Positions 6,771 to 15,663 of a stretch of DNA of 36,238 nucleotides are shown in pieces. The position numbers and the translations under genes are program-made. The first letter of the stretch is position 1. Every line of letters starts with the position of its first letter. Source of the stretch: a virus (taxonomy: Duplodnaviria > Caudoviricetes); IMG/VR virus record IMGVR_UViG_3300032312_000233, positions 1 through 36,238 of that record; one strand, 5' to 3'. Under the pieces are notes generated by a model, which was not told where the DNA came from, ran no database searches, and was given only the letters and a program-made list of their open reading frames with translations.

Positions 6771-7229
6771 ATGACATTCCTCAGCTTCCCTTACGCACCC
6801 CGTACGTTGCAAGCCACAGAATCAAGGCTCAAAGCAATCATGGACGCCGCGCGTCTTGGACTTAAAGGCGACAGGCTTGCCATCGCCGCAGGCATGATGC
6901 CCACCGAGTATCGGCAACTGTGCCAGTTTGACCCCATCGTGGAGTACGCCGAACTTAAAGCCAGAACCGAGTCCGAGATGGCTATGAGCCAAGTGCTACA
7001 CGACGCAGCAGCGCAAGGCGACATCAAAGCAGCCACCACCATCTTGCAAAATCAGCACGACTGGGTAGCCAAGCAGCAGATCAACGTGGAAATCGACCAG
7101 CGCATCTCCATCAGCCAAGCGCTTGAGATGGCGCAGCAACGCACAGCCAAGGCCATCGAAATAGAAGCTCAAGACGTGAGCTACACCGAAGTTAAACTAG
7201 CAACCAAAGAAAAGCAAAAAGCCGCCTAA
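6771..7229 (+). CDS. terS: Terminase small subunit (probable)
   Basis: Helical 152-aa protein with an HTH-like N-terminus; its stop overlaps the TerL start. Confidence 0.65.
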   Translation: MTFLSFPYAPRTLQATESRLKAIMDAARLGLKGDRLAIAAGMMPTEYRQLCQFDPIVEYAELKARTESEMAMSQVLHDAAAQGDIKAATTILQNQHDWVAKQQINVEIDQRISISQALEMAQQRTAKAIEIEAQDVSYTEVKLATKEKQKAA

Positions 7230-8755
7230 TGCAAGAGCCCCGCTATTCCGCGCAAGACGAGATGGAACTCATGGCGCGGCTATGGGCGCCAGCCATCAAA
7301 GACAACCCACTAGCGTTTGTGATGTTTGCGTTCCCGTGGGGCGAAGCTGGCACACCGCTAGAACACTTTACTGGCCCACGCAAGTGGCAGCGCCAGGTCT
7401 TGCAAGACCTAGCCGAACACATCAAAAAGAACGACGGCAAGCTGAACTACGACGTATTGCGCCTAGCGATTGCGTCCGGCCGTGGTATTGGCAAGTCGGC
7501 CTTAGTTAGCTGGTTAGTCCTATGGATGATGACTACACGGATCGGGTCAACGGTTATCGTATCTGCTAACTCTGAATCACAGCTCCGATCGGTAACATGG
7601 GCCGAGATTACCAAGTGGTCGTCCATGTCGATCAACACCTACTGGTGGGAGATCAGCGCCACCCGTGTGATGCCTGCCAAATGGCTGACTGAGCTAGTCG
7701 AGCGCGACCTCAAGAAAGGCACCCGCTACTGGAACTTGGAAGGCAGACTATGGTCGGCTGAGAATCCCGACGCGTTCGCCGGTGTGCATAACTACGACGG
7801 GGTAATGGTCGTGTTTGACGAGGCCAGCGGTATTGACGACTCCATCTGGGCGGTGACTAGCGGCTTCTTTACGGAGAACACACCCAACCGCTTTTGGTGC
7901 TGTTTTAGCAACCCACGGCGTAATACGGGCTATTTCTACGAGGCAATCGAGGGTAGCAAGCGTGACTTTTGGCAGTCTAGGCAAGTGGACGCTCGGGATG
8001 TTGAGGGTACGGACAAGAACGTCTACAACCAGATTATTGAAGAATACGGCGCTGATTCGTACCAGGCGCACGTTGAAGTGTACGGTTCGTTCCCCTCAGA
8101 AGGCGACGATCAGTTCATACCGTCAACGCTAGTGGACGAAGCCATGAAACGGGAAAAGCACAAAGACGACTCCGCGCCCATCGTCATCGGCGTAGATCCT
8201 GCAAGATTCGGGTCTGATTCAACCGTCATCGCCGTACGGCAAGGGCGCGACATCGTGGAAATCCGCAGATACAAGGGTGATGATACTATGACTGTGGTCG
8301 GCCACGTAATTGAAGCAATCGAGCAGTACCAGCCAGCAGTGGTTGCCATTGACGAAGGTGGGCTAGGCGCGGGTGTAGTCGATCGCCTAAAAGAACAGCG
8401 CTACAAGATCCGCGGTGTAAACTTCGCAAACAAGAGTAAAAACCCCATGATGTACGGCAACCTGCGGGCGCAGATTTGGGGGACGATGAAGGAATGGCTG
8501 AAAACAGGTAGCATCCCAAGCGAAAAAATGCTCAAGACCGACCTCATTAGCCCTATGATGAAACCCGACAGTAAGGGCGCAATCTACTTGGAAGGCAAGA
8601 AAGAGATGAAAGCACGGGGTTTGGCATCACCTGACAGTGCTGACGCTATCGCGCTGACGTTTGCGTTTCCAGTAGCGCATCGCGAATATGTTGACAAGCG
8701 TCCTAATCGGTCTTATTCTCAGCATGGAATCGTAAACTCTTGGATGGGCGCGTAA
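7229..8755 (+). CDS. terL: Terminase large subunit
   Basis: Walker A SGRGIGKS, Walker B VVFDEA, coupling motif SNP; nuclease motifs GVDPARFGSD and SPDSADA. Confidence 0.95.
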   Translation: MQEPRYSAQDEMELMARLWAPAIKDNPLAFVMFAFPWGEAGTPLEHFTGPRKWQRQVLQDLAEHIKKNDGKLNYDVLRLAIASGRGIGKSALVSWLVLWMMTTRIGSTVIVSANSESQLRSVTWAEITKWSSMSINTYWWEISATRVMPAKWLTELVERDLKKGTRYWNLEGRLWSAENPDAFAGVHNYDGVMVVFDEASGIDDSIWAVTSGFFTENTPNRFWCCFSNPRRNTGYFYEAIEGSKRDFWQSRQVDARDVEGTDKNVYNQIIEEYGADSYQAHVEVYGSFPSEGDDQFIPSTLVDEAMKREKHKDDSAPIVIGVDPARFGSDSTVIAVRQGRDIVEIRRYKGDDTMTVVGHVIEAIEQYQPAVVAIDEGGLGAGVVDRLKEQRYKIRGVNFANKSKNPMMYGNLRAQIWGTMKEWLKTGSIPSEKMLKTDLISPMMKPDSKGAIYLEGKKEMKARGLASPDSADAIALTFAFPVAHREYVDKRPNRSYSQHGIVNSWMGA

Positions 8756-9037
8756 ATGGCTACGAAAAAATCACATGACAAACCCATTCCCCGTACGACT
8801 ACGGGCAAGAGCCGCAACTACAAATCAACTGCTGAAGGTGCAGGTATGACCGCAGCAGGTCGAAAGGCCTATAATGCAAAAAATAATGCAAATCTTAAAG
8901 CGCCTGCTCCAAATCCTAAGACTAAAGCGGACGCTGGACGTAAAAAGTCCTTCTGTGCAAGAATGTCAGGAGTTGTCAAAAACGCCAAAGGCGACGCCCC
9001 GCGTGCGAAAGCCTCCCTCAAAAACTGGAACTGTTAA
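8756..9037 (+). CDS. Small highly basic protein (RKKSFCARM motif; DUF6321-like)
   Basis: 93 aa, Lys/Arg/Ala rich, immediately after the TerL stop. Confidence 0.75.
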   Translation: MATKKSHDKPIPRTTTGKSRNYKSTAEGAGMTAAGRKAYNAKNNANLKAPAPNPKTKADAGRKKSFCARMSGVVKNAKGDAPRAKASLKNWNC

Positions 9038-9050
9038 AAGGAAAACTACT

Positions 9051-9215
9051 GTGGCTACTAAACCTGGATTGTATGCAAATATTCATGCTAAACAAAAACG
9101 TATTGCGGCTGGTAGTGGGGAGAGAATGCGTAAAGTTGGTTCTAAGGGCGCGCCTACTGCGAAGGCTTTTAAAGAATCAGCTAAAACGGCTAAACCCGTA
9201 AAGAAAGCGAAGTAA
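9051..9215 (+). CDS. Small highly basic protein (54 aa, KPGLYANIHAKQKRI...)
   Basis: GTG start at 9051 with AAGGA SD; C-terminal part of track ORF 8874-9215. Confidence 0.75.
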   Translation: MATKPGLYANIHAKQKRIAAGSGERMRKVGSKGAPTAKAFKESAKTAKPVKKAK

Positions 9216-9217
9216 TC

Positions 9218-9376
9218 ATGCCCCTTAAAAAATCCACAAGCAAAGAAGCCTTCCGTTCTAATGTACGTGCTGAGGTTAAAGCAGGCAAACCCGTCAAACA
9301 AGCCGTGGCAATCGCTTATGCGACCAAACGCGCTGCGGCTAAACCTATGAAACGCGCAAGTGGACGTGGCAGATAA
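9218..9376 (+). CDS. Small highly basic protein (52 aa, MPLKKSTSKEAFRSNV...KQAVAIAY; DUF6496-like)
   Basis: Read manually; its stop TAA overlaps the portal ATG. Confidence 0.75.
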   Translation: MPLKKSTSKEAFRSNVRAEVKAGKPVKQAVAIAYATKRAAAKPMKRASGRGR

Positions 9377-11622
9377 TGGCAACAATGAATCAAGACCCAA
9401 CGGGCATTAACAAAGCGGGACAAGTGTCCGCGCGGGGTGGCCCACAGGGTGATCTAGCCGACCACCGCGACACCTTAGATGAGATGCGCTCACGCTATAC
9501 GATGGCGATTGCTGCGTATAGCGACAGCCGTGAGGACGAACTAGACGATTTGCGTTTTATGGCAGGTTCGCCAGACAACCAATGGCAATGGCCTGCGGAC
9601 GTATTGGCTACTCGCGGCGCAGTGCAAGGTCAAACAATCAACGCGCGCCCATGCCTGACAATCAACAAGTTGCCACAGCACGTCCGTCAAGTAACGAACG
9701 AACAACGGCAGAACCGTCCATCGGGTAAAGTCATTCCAGCAGATGACAAGGCTGATGTGCAAGTAGCAGCCATCTATGACGGCATGGTGCGCCACATTGA
9801 GTACATGAGCGACGCCGATGTAGCCTACGACACCGCTTGCGAAAACCAAGTCACTTATGGTGAAGGTTACATCCGCGTGTTGACCGAGTATTGTGACGAG
9901 GACAGCTTCGATCAAGATCTTCGCATTGGGCGGGTACGCAACAGCTTTAGCGTGTACATGGATCCGATGTCGCAAGACCCTACAGGCGCAGACGCTGAGT
10001 TTTGCTTCATTACGCAAGACATTACTAAGCAAGAATACGAGCGTGAATACCCCGATGCCGCGCCTCTTAGCTCCATATTGGCAAGCGGTGTAGGCGATCA
10101 GTACCTAAGCCAGTGGCTCACCGAGGACACCATCCGCATCGCTGAGTATTTCTATTACAAGCATGAGGACGCAACGCTTAATTTGTATCCAGGCAATCAA
10201 TCGTTCTTTGACGGATCGCCTGAAGATAAGCAGATGAAAGAGATGGGGCTAAAACCCATTAAATCACGCCGCGTAGATCGCAAAAAAGTCATGTGGATGA
10301 AAACTAATGGTTTTGAGTCTTTAGAAGAACGCGAGTGGGCAGGCAAATACATTCCTGTCGTACGCGTAATTGGTAACGAATTTGAAGTAGAAGGTCAGAT
10401 TTACATATCTGGCTTGGTACGTAACGCAAAAGATGCCCAGCGGATGTATAACTACTGGACTAGCCAAGAGGCAGAAATGCTTGCTTTAGCGCCAAAAGCA
10501 CCGTTTATCGGCTATGGCGGTCAGTTTGAAGGTTACGAAATGCAGTGGAAAACCGCTAACACGACTAATTGGCCGTATTTAGAGGTAAACCCCGATGTAA
10601 CTGATGGCATGGGTGCTGTTTTGCCTTTGCCACAGCGTGCAGCCCCACCCTTACCCCAGACTGGCCTCATTCAAGCAAAAATGGGTGCCAGCGATGATAT
10701 CAAGTCCACCACTGGACAGTACGACTCGAGCTTAGGAGCCACAAGCAACGAACGCTCAGGTCGGGCTATTTTGGCACGGGAAAAGCAAGGTGATACAGGT
10801 ACATATCACTACGTAGACAACCTTGCCCGTGCAATTCGCCACATCACACGTCAACTTGTTGACATGATTCCTAAGATTTACGACACCGAGCGCATTGCTC
10901 GTATCGTTGGTTTAGACGGCGAAGTCGATATGGTTAAAATTAACCCTCAGCAACCTAACCCCGTCAACGAAATCCGCGACGTTAATACTGGCATTTTGAT
11001 TGAGAAGATTTATAACCCTGGCGTTGGTCGTTACGATGTCGTAGTCACCACAGGCCCAAGTTACATGACCAAGCGTCAAGAAGCAATGGACGCCATGAGC
11101 CAGATTTTGCAAGGAAATCCACAATTATGGTCGGTTGCAGGCGATTTGTTTGTTAAAAACATGGATTGGCCTGGTTCAGAAGAATTGGCTGCACGTTTGG
11201 CTAAGACAATTGATCCTAAATTGCTAGAAGATGGCGATAAAGATCCTGCTTTGCAAGCTGCTGAACAGCAAATGCAAGCAATGGGCGCCGAACTAGACCA
11301 AATGGCTCAAATGATGCAGAATTTCCAAAAATCCGTTGAAGTTCAGGACTTGGAACGCAAGAATTTTGAGGCTGAAATTAAGGCATATCAAGCTGAAACC
11401 CAACGTATTAGCGCCGTTCAAGCGGGTATGACCCCTGAGCAGATCCAAGATATTGTAATGGGTACCATTGCAGCCGCTTTAGATACCGGCGATTTAGTCG
11501 GTCAAGAATTGCAACGTGAACCTATACAAATTGCACCTGAAGCGCTTGAACCAGCACCAGAGATGATGGCGCCTGAGCAAATGCCACCTGAAATGATGCC
11601 ACCTCAAGGAGCGCCACAATGA
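9376..11622 (+). CDS. P22-like portal protein
   Basis: 748 aa after TerL; RPCLTINKL, KDAQRMYN and SGRAI motifs; Gln/Met-rich C-terminal helical barrel. Confidence 0.92.
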   Translation: MATMNQDPTGINKAGQVSARGGPQGDLADHRDTLDEMRSRYTMAIAAYSDSREDELDDLRFMAGSPDNQWQWPADVLATRGAVQGQTINARPCLTINKLPQHVRQVTNEQRQNRPSGKVIPADDKADVQVAAIYDGMVRHIEYMSDADVAYDTACENQVTYGEGYIRVLTEYCDEDSFDQDLRIGRVRNSFSVYMDPMSQDPTGADAEFCFITQDITKQEYEREYPDAAPLSSILASGVGDQYLSQWLTEDTIRIAEYFYYKHEDATLNLYPGNQSFFDGSPEDKQMKEMGLKPIKSRRVDRKKVMWMKTNGFESLEEREWAGKYIPVVRVIGNEFEVEGQIYISGLVRNAKDAQRMYNYWTSQEAEMLALAPKAPFIGYGGQFEGYEMQWKTANTTNWPYLEVNPDVTDGMGAVLPLPQRAAPPLPQTGLIQAKMGASDDIKSTTGQYDSSLGATSNERSGRAILAREKQGDTGTYHYVDNLARAIRHITRQLVDMIPKIYDTERIARIVGLDGEVDMVKINPQQPNPVNEIRDVNTGILIEKIYNPGVGRYDVVVTTGPSYMTKRQEAMDAMSQILQGNPQLWSVAGDLFVKNMDWPGSEELAARLAKTIDPKLLEDGDKDPALQAAEQQMQAMGAELDQMAQMMQNFQKSVEVQDLERKNFEAEIKAYQAETQRISAVQAGMTPEQIQDIVMGTIAAALDTGDLVGQELQREPIQIAPEALEPAPEMMAPEQMPPEMMPPQGAPQ

Positions 11623-11981
11623 GTTGCGAAAAATTTATAGGAATGTTGTTTTTAGCACGGGATGTAACTCATTCTGTACATTTAAACACCCGTAGCTACT
11701 CCAAACACAAGGCGTTGCAGAAGTTTTACGAAAACATTATTGACCGGGCAGACTCATTTGCTGAAGCTTATCAAGGCCGTCACGGTTTAATTGGCCCAAT
11801 TGCGTTAATGTCGGCTAAAAAAACCGAAAACGTGGTGGCTTTTTTAGAAGATCAACTTGCCGAACTAGAAGCAATGCGTTACGATGTCTGTGACAAAGCA
11901 GATGCGCCGTTACAGAATTTAATTGATGGGATTATTGAGTTATACCTGTCAACTTTGTACAAATTGAAGTTTTTGGCATAA
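11619..11981 (+). CDS. Dps/ferritin-like four-helix protein (DUF5856-like)
   Basis: HSVHL...HKALQKFY...DSFAE...G pattern mirrors Dps H..HW...H..FE..Y...D..AER; ATGA-coupled to the portal gene. Confidence 0.7.
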   Translation: MSCEKFIGMLFLARDVTHSVHLNTRSYSKHKALQKFYENIIDRADSFAEAYQGRHGLIGPIALMSAKKTENVVAFLEDQLAELEAMRYDVCDKADAPLQNLIDGIIELYLSTLYKLKFLA

Positions 11982-11990
11982 GGAGCCATT

Positions 11991-12293
11991 ATGGATTTTT
12001 TAAACCCTTTAGCAGACGCAAATTACCCCGCTGATTCCGACAATACTAGCGGTACAGCGGTTAGTTTAGGCCCTTGGCCTCCTGGCCCACAAGGTGTTAT
12101 GGTGTGGTGTACGCAAGATGCGTATATTGCCGTTGGTCAAGGTGCAACAGCAACAACTGCTAGTACTCCAATCCCAGCGTACACCCCGATTCCGTTTGTT
12201 GTAGCCAATACCATTACGGGTCAGTGGCGCGTAAGTGCGTTACAAGTTAGTACCGCAGGTGTTGTTTACGCTAAACCAATCAATTTCAGATGA
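11991..12293 (+). CDS. Small beta-rich probable virion protein
   Basis: Strong SD AAGGAG; located in the structural region. Confidence 0.75.
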   Translation: MDFLNPLADANYPADSDNTSGTAVSLGPWPPGPQGVMVWCTQDAYIAVGQGATATTASTPIPAYTPIPFVVANTITGQWRVSALQVSTAGVVYAKPINFR

Positions 12294-12448
12294 GTTTTGG
12301 AATTAACGGCCGAGTTGGACTAGCTTTAGGGCTAGGCAATTTGCTTTCGTATTTTTCAGGTTATGGTCGCGACCAAGCAGTTAATAATTTAGCGACCGAA
12401 AATAACGATAACCTCGTCCAAGAGGACGGGGCGTTTATTTTAGCTTAA
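12290..12448 (+). CDS. 52-aa protein ending in LATENNDNLVQEDGAFIL (probable fibre adaptor peptide)
   Basis: Read manually; ATGA overlap upstream, stop abuts the next SD. Confidence 0.65.
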   Translation: MSFGINGRVGLALGLGNLLSYFSGYGRDQAVNNLATENNDNLVQEDGAFILA

Positions 12449-12457
12449 GGATAAAGT

Positions 12458-12961
12458 ATGTCAGTTAACCTTTCTCCCGTAGGCGGCGCTGCCGCACAAT
12501 TTTTTACGGACGCTGGCAACGTATTAACAGGCGGTAAACTTTATAGTTATGCGGCTGGTACGACAACTCCTGCACCTACATATACAACAAACGCAGGTAA
12601 TATAGCGCACCCTAATCCTATTATATTAAATGCCGCAGGTAGAGTGCCTACTGGTGAAGTTTGGTTAGATAGTAATTTTTCATATAAATTTGTGCTTACG
12701 GACGCAAATAACGTATTAATAGCTACATACGATAATTTGGTTGGTTTGGCAAGCGCAGGCGAAAGCGGGTACGTAACAGCAACGCAAGCACAAATTGTAT
12801 TTAATGTACCGTTTACGTATTTAGTAGGAGTAAATTCTCTTAAAGTATATGTAAACGGATCAAAACAAGTTGTTACGTTAAATTACACCGAAACCACTAC
12901 TACATCAATTACTTTTTTAAGCGGATTAAATGTAGGTGATATTGTTGAATTTACAAGTTAA
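12458..12961 (+). CDS. Tailspike virion-attachment (P22 head-binding-like) domain protein with no receptor-binding domain
   Basis: QFF...GGKLYSYAAGTTTP...NPIILNAAGR...YKFVL N-terminal domain, followed by a short LKVYVNG beta module. Confidence 0.7.
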   Translation: MSVNLSPVGGAAAQFFTDAGNVLTGGKLYSYAAGTTTPAPTYTTNAGNIAHPNPIILNAAGRVPTGEVWLDSNFSYKFVLTDANNVLIATYDNLVGLASAGESGYVTATQAQIVFNVPFTYLVGVNSLKVYVNGSKQVVTLNYTETTTTSITFLSGLNVGDIVEFTS

Positions 12962-12973
12962 AGGAAAATTATT

Positions 12974-13882
12974 ATGGCTGACGTAAAAATTTCAGGTTTA
13001 CCCGCATCTACCGTACCTTTAGCGGGTACTGAGGTATTGCCAATTGTTCAAGGTGGAACTACAAAACAAGTATCTATTGCTAATGTGACTGCGGGCCGTT
13101 CTGTAGCAGCGTCTAGCGTAATTACTCCAACTATTCAAGCTGAAGCAGGCTCTGCTGGCGGTACTATTAAAAATGGTAGCGGCGTAGCTCAAATGCAATG
13201 GGGTAGCGGCGGCGCAAGCAACTTATCTTTAGAAGTTGCAACTAACATCAATCCAGCTAACGCTGCGGTATCTATTGCCCCAACAGGTACAGGCACAGTA
13301 ACTATTAATCCAGCTACAGCATCCACTATGAACAACGTGGCTATTGGTGGCACAACCCCATTAGCAGGTAGCTTTACTACAGTTAAAGCCTCAACAACTA
13401 TGAGTGTTGGGGCGGCCACTCCTTCAGCTTCAGGTGCAGGTATTACCTTTCCTGCTACACAATCTGCGTCTACTGATGCAAATACATTAGATGATTATGA
13501 AGAAGGTACTTGGACGGGAACTTTTAACATTGGCGGCACTTCAAATGCTACAAGCACAGGAAGGTATACTAAAGTAGGTCGAATTGTGACTTATGACATT
13601 AACTTTTTTGCATCAGGTTATACAGAAAGTGGAACTGGCAGCTTAACTATCACTGGTATGCCTTTTACATCTCAAACTAATTCAATTTCTATGGGACAAA
13701 TAGGTTACTTTGAAGGATATAGTGCCACAACAAATGGTTTTGCTTATACGCAAATTTCTAGCGCATCAACAACCCTTTCGTTTGTGCGTGGGGCTGCTGG
13801 TAACTTTCAAGATATTACAGACACTTTATTTAGTACCAGTACTTTGTTAATTCGTATTTCTGGCACTTATACAACAGCTTAA
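12974..13882 (+). CDS. Tail/head fibre protein
   Basis: MADVKISGLPA N-terminus; Thr/Gly/Ser rich; C-terminal NTLDDYEEGTWT...GRYTKVGRIVT fibre-tip domain. Confidence 0.8.
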   Translation: MADVKISGLPASTVPLAGTEVLPIVQGGTTKQVSIANVTAGRSVAASSVITPTIQAEAGSAGGTIKNGSGVAQMQWGSGGASNLSLEVATNINPANAAVSIAPTGTGTVTINPATASTMNNVAIGGTTPLAGSFTTVKASTTMSVGAATPSASGAGITFPATQSASTDANTLDDYEEGTWTGTFNIGGTSNATSTGRYTKVGRIVTYDINFFASGYTESGTGSLTITGMPFTSQTNSISMGQIGYFEGYSATTNGFAYTQISSASTTLSFVRGAAGNFQDITDTLFSTSTLLIRISGTYTTA

Positions 13883-13930
13883 TTAACTAGACCAGATTAG
13901 TCTAGTCGGATTTTTAAAAGGAGAATTAAA

Positions 13931-14140
13931 ATGGCATTAACTAAAGAAACAGCAGTAGACCAAATTACAGTAACCGAGAACGGCATTGTCCTAGTGCGTG
14001 AAGTTACTCGCATCATGGAAGATGATGTAGAGATTTCTAAACAATATCACCGCACATCATTTGAAAAAAATGCTGATGTATCTGCCCAACCTCAACAAGT
14101 GCAAGATATTTGTGCTGCTGCTTGGAAAGAACAATTGTGA
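13931..14140 (+). CDS. Small fibre-associated protein (possible chaperone)
   Basis: SD AAGGAG; MALTKE...QICAAAW type protein directly after a DDYEEGTW-type fibre gene. Confidence 0.7.
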   Translation: MALTKETAVDQITVTENGIVLVREVTRIMEDDVEISKQYHRTSFEKNADVSAQPQQVQDICAAAWKEQL

Positions 14141-15297
14141 CTACTTTAATACCTAAATTTGACCTTAAAGACGGTAATGCTACGCCCACAGGCGCAATCA
14201 ATAGACCAATTAATGAAAAACTTGCTGAAACAGTAAGCGTTAAAGATTTTGGTGCTGTAGGAGATGGCACAACTAACGATACAACTGCGTTTATAAACGC
14301 TCTTGCTGCATCAAATTCAATATTTATTCCAGCAGGAACTTATTTATTGGATTCTTTAACAATAGCGACTAATGCAGGAAAAACAATAACAGGAGCTTCA
14401 AGAGAATCTACAATTTTGAAAGCAACTGCATCGGCAACTAAATTTTTATATGTTGGTACAGTTTCGGGATATTCTGTTGGAAATTCAATAAGTAATTTTT
14501 CTATAGATTTTTCATTAGCACCATCTTCTACAAATTCTCAAGCTATTTATTTAACAAATACTTATGAAAATACATTTAGTAATATTGCAATTATTAATAT
14601 AAATACATCGCAAATTGCTTTAAACATTTATAATGGTTCTTATGTAACAACATTTAATTCTATTAATTTTGGAAGCACTACTGGAGTTATAGCATCAACT
14701 GGAACATCGGCTAATAGACCAACTACAATGACTTTTATTGGTTGTTCTTTTGCACAAGCTAATTTAGATGAGTTTCTTTCATACACTTTTATACAACCAA
14801 TTATTCAAGGTGCTTTAACACCAAAAGTTAATGTTTCAAATAATTACGCATTAACCATTATTGGTGGCGACATTGAACATACAGGAAGTGGTGCAACATA
14901 TTTATATTTTGGCACTAACGCTCAACATATAAACAGTACAGGTAATGAGTTTTCTAATATAAACACAATTTATAGCACTATACCTACTGGTCAGTCTATA
15001 GTTTTAATGGATAACTCAGGGCAAGGCTATAAATTTCTGCCACCAAATAACGCTTTTAGTATAACTGCAAATCCAACTATTACTGGTGCATTATCCGCAA
15101 CTGGTTCAGTAATAACTAATAATTCTTTTGTTTTAGGGTCTGGTTTTAGTGCTATTTGGGCGTTTGGGGCTGGAACTCCTAATGGCGTTGTTTCTGCTCC
15201 TATTGGAAGTATTTACTCCAATACAACAGGCGGTGCTGGAACTTCTTTTTATGTTAAAGAATCAGGCACAGGCAATACTGGATGGGTAGCTAAATGA
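14137..15297 (+). CDS. Tailspike with right-handed beta-helix (pectate-lyase-like) fold
   Basis: GTG 14137 overlaps the previous TGA. SVKDFGAVGDGTTNDTTAF...IPAGTY motif, Asn/Ile/Ser-rich body, C-terminal GTPNGVVSAPIGS...YVKESGTGNTGW. Confidence 0.85.
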   Translation: MTTLIPKFDLKDGNATPTGAINRPINEKLAETVSVKDFGAVGDGTTNDTTAFINALAASNSIFIPAGTYLLDSLTIATNAGKTITGASRESTILKATASATKFLYVGTVSGYSVGNSISNFSIDFSLAPSSTNSQAIYLTNTYENTFSNIAIININTSQIALNIYNGSYVTTFNSINFGSTTGVIASTGTSANRPTTMTFIGCSFAQANLDEFLSYTFIQPIIQGALTPKVNVSNNYALTIIGGDIEHTGSGATYLYFGTNAQHINSTGNEFSNINTIYSTIPTGQSIVLMDNSGQGYKFLPPNNAFSITANPTITGALSATGSVITNNSFVLGSGFSAIWAFGAGTPNGVVSAPIGSIYSNTTGGAGTSFYVKESGTGNTGWVAK

Positions 15298-15578
15298 TTA
15301 ATTACATACTCCTAGCTGTCTTTATAGCCCTGCAAGCAGGTGATTTTTACACTACCTATACCATTCTTAAAAACGGCAAAGGGTATGAAGCTAACCCTAT
15401 ATTAAGATGGATATTTGACAAAATAGGTTATGTAGCTGGTTTAGCCATTGTTAAAGGCTTATGTATTGTTATAGGCGTTTACATTGCTCAATTTTCTAAC
15501 AGCTATTATTTCTTTGTTCCTGTCATTGCCTTGTATATTTGGGTAGTGCGTAACAATTACAAGGTTATGACAAAGTAA
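15294..15578 (+). CDS. Small multi-TM membrane protein (DUF5658-like)
   Basis: Three hydrophobic segments; D..TT...G.EANP motif. Confidence 0.7.
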   Translation: MINYILLAVFIALQAGDFYTTYTILKNGKGYEANPILRWIFDKIGYVAGLAIVKGLCIVIGVYIAQFSNSYYFFVPVIALYIWVVRNNYKVMTK

Positions 15579-15582
15579 CCGC

Positions 15583-15611
15583 TTGACGAGTTTGCTGTTT
15601 AAGAATATATT
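15583..15611 (+). promoter_or_regulatory. Internal sigma70-type promoter for the scaffold-coat genes
   Basis: TTGACG, 17-nt spacer, TATATT, within the intergenic gap. Confidence 0.6.
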
Positions 15612-15663
15612 TTATATCAATCGTACTGGTGCGAAACACCAGGGTTTCTAAGGAAACATCGAA

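Noticed and set aside
8874-9050. N-terminal extension of track ORF 8874-9215
   Set aside because: It overlaps the 8756-9037 gene; GTG 9051 with an SD is the better start.
13887-13907. Hairpin ACTAGAC-N7-GTCTAGT after the fibre gene, as a terminator
   Set aside because: The stem is weak and the T run is not adjacent; it could be a minor regulatory hairpin but is not supportable as a terminator.
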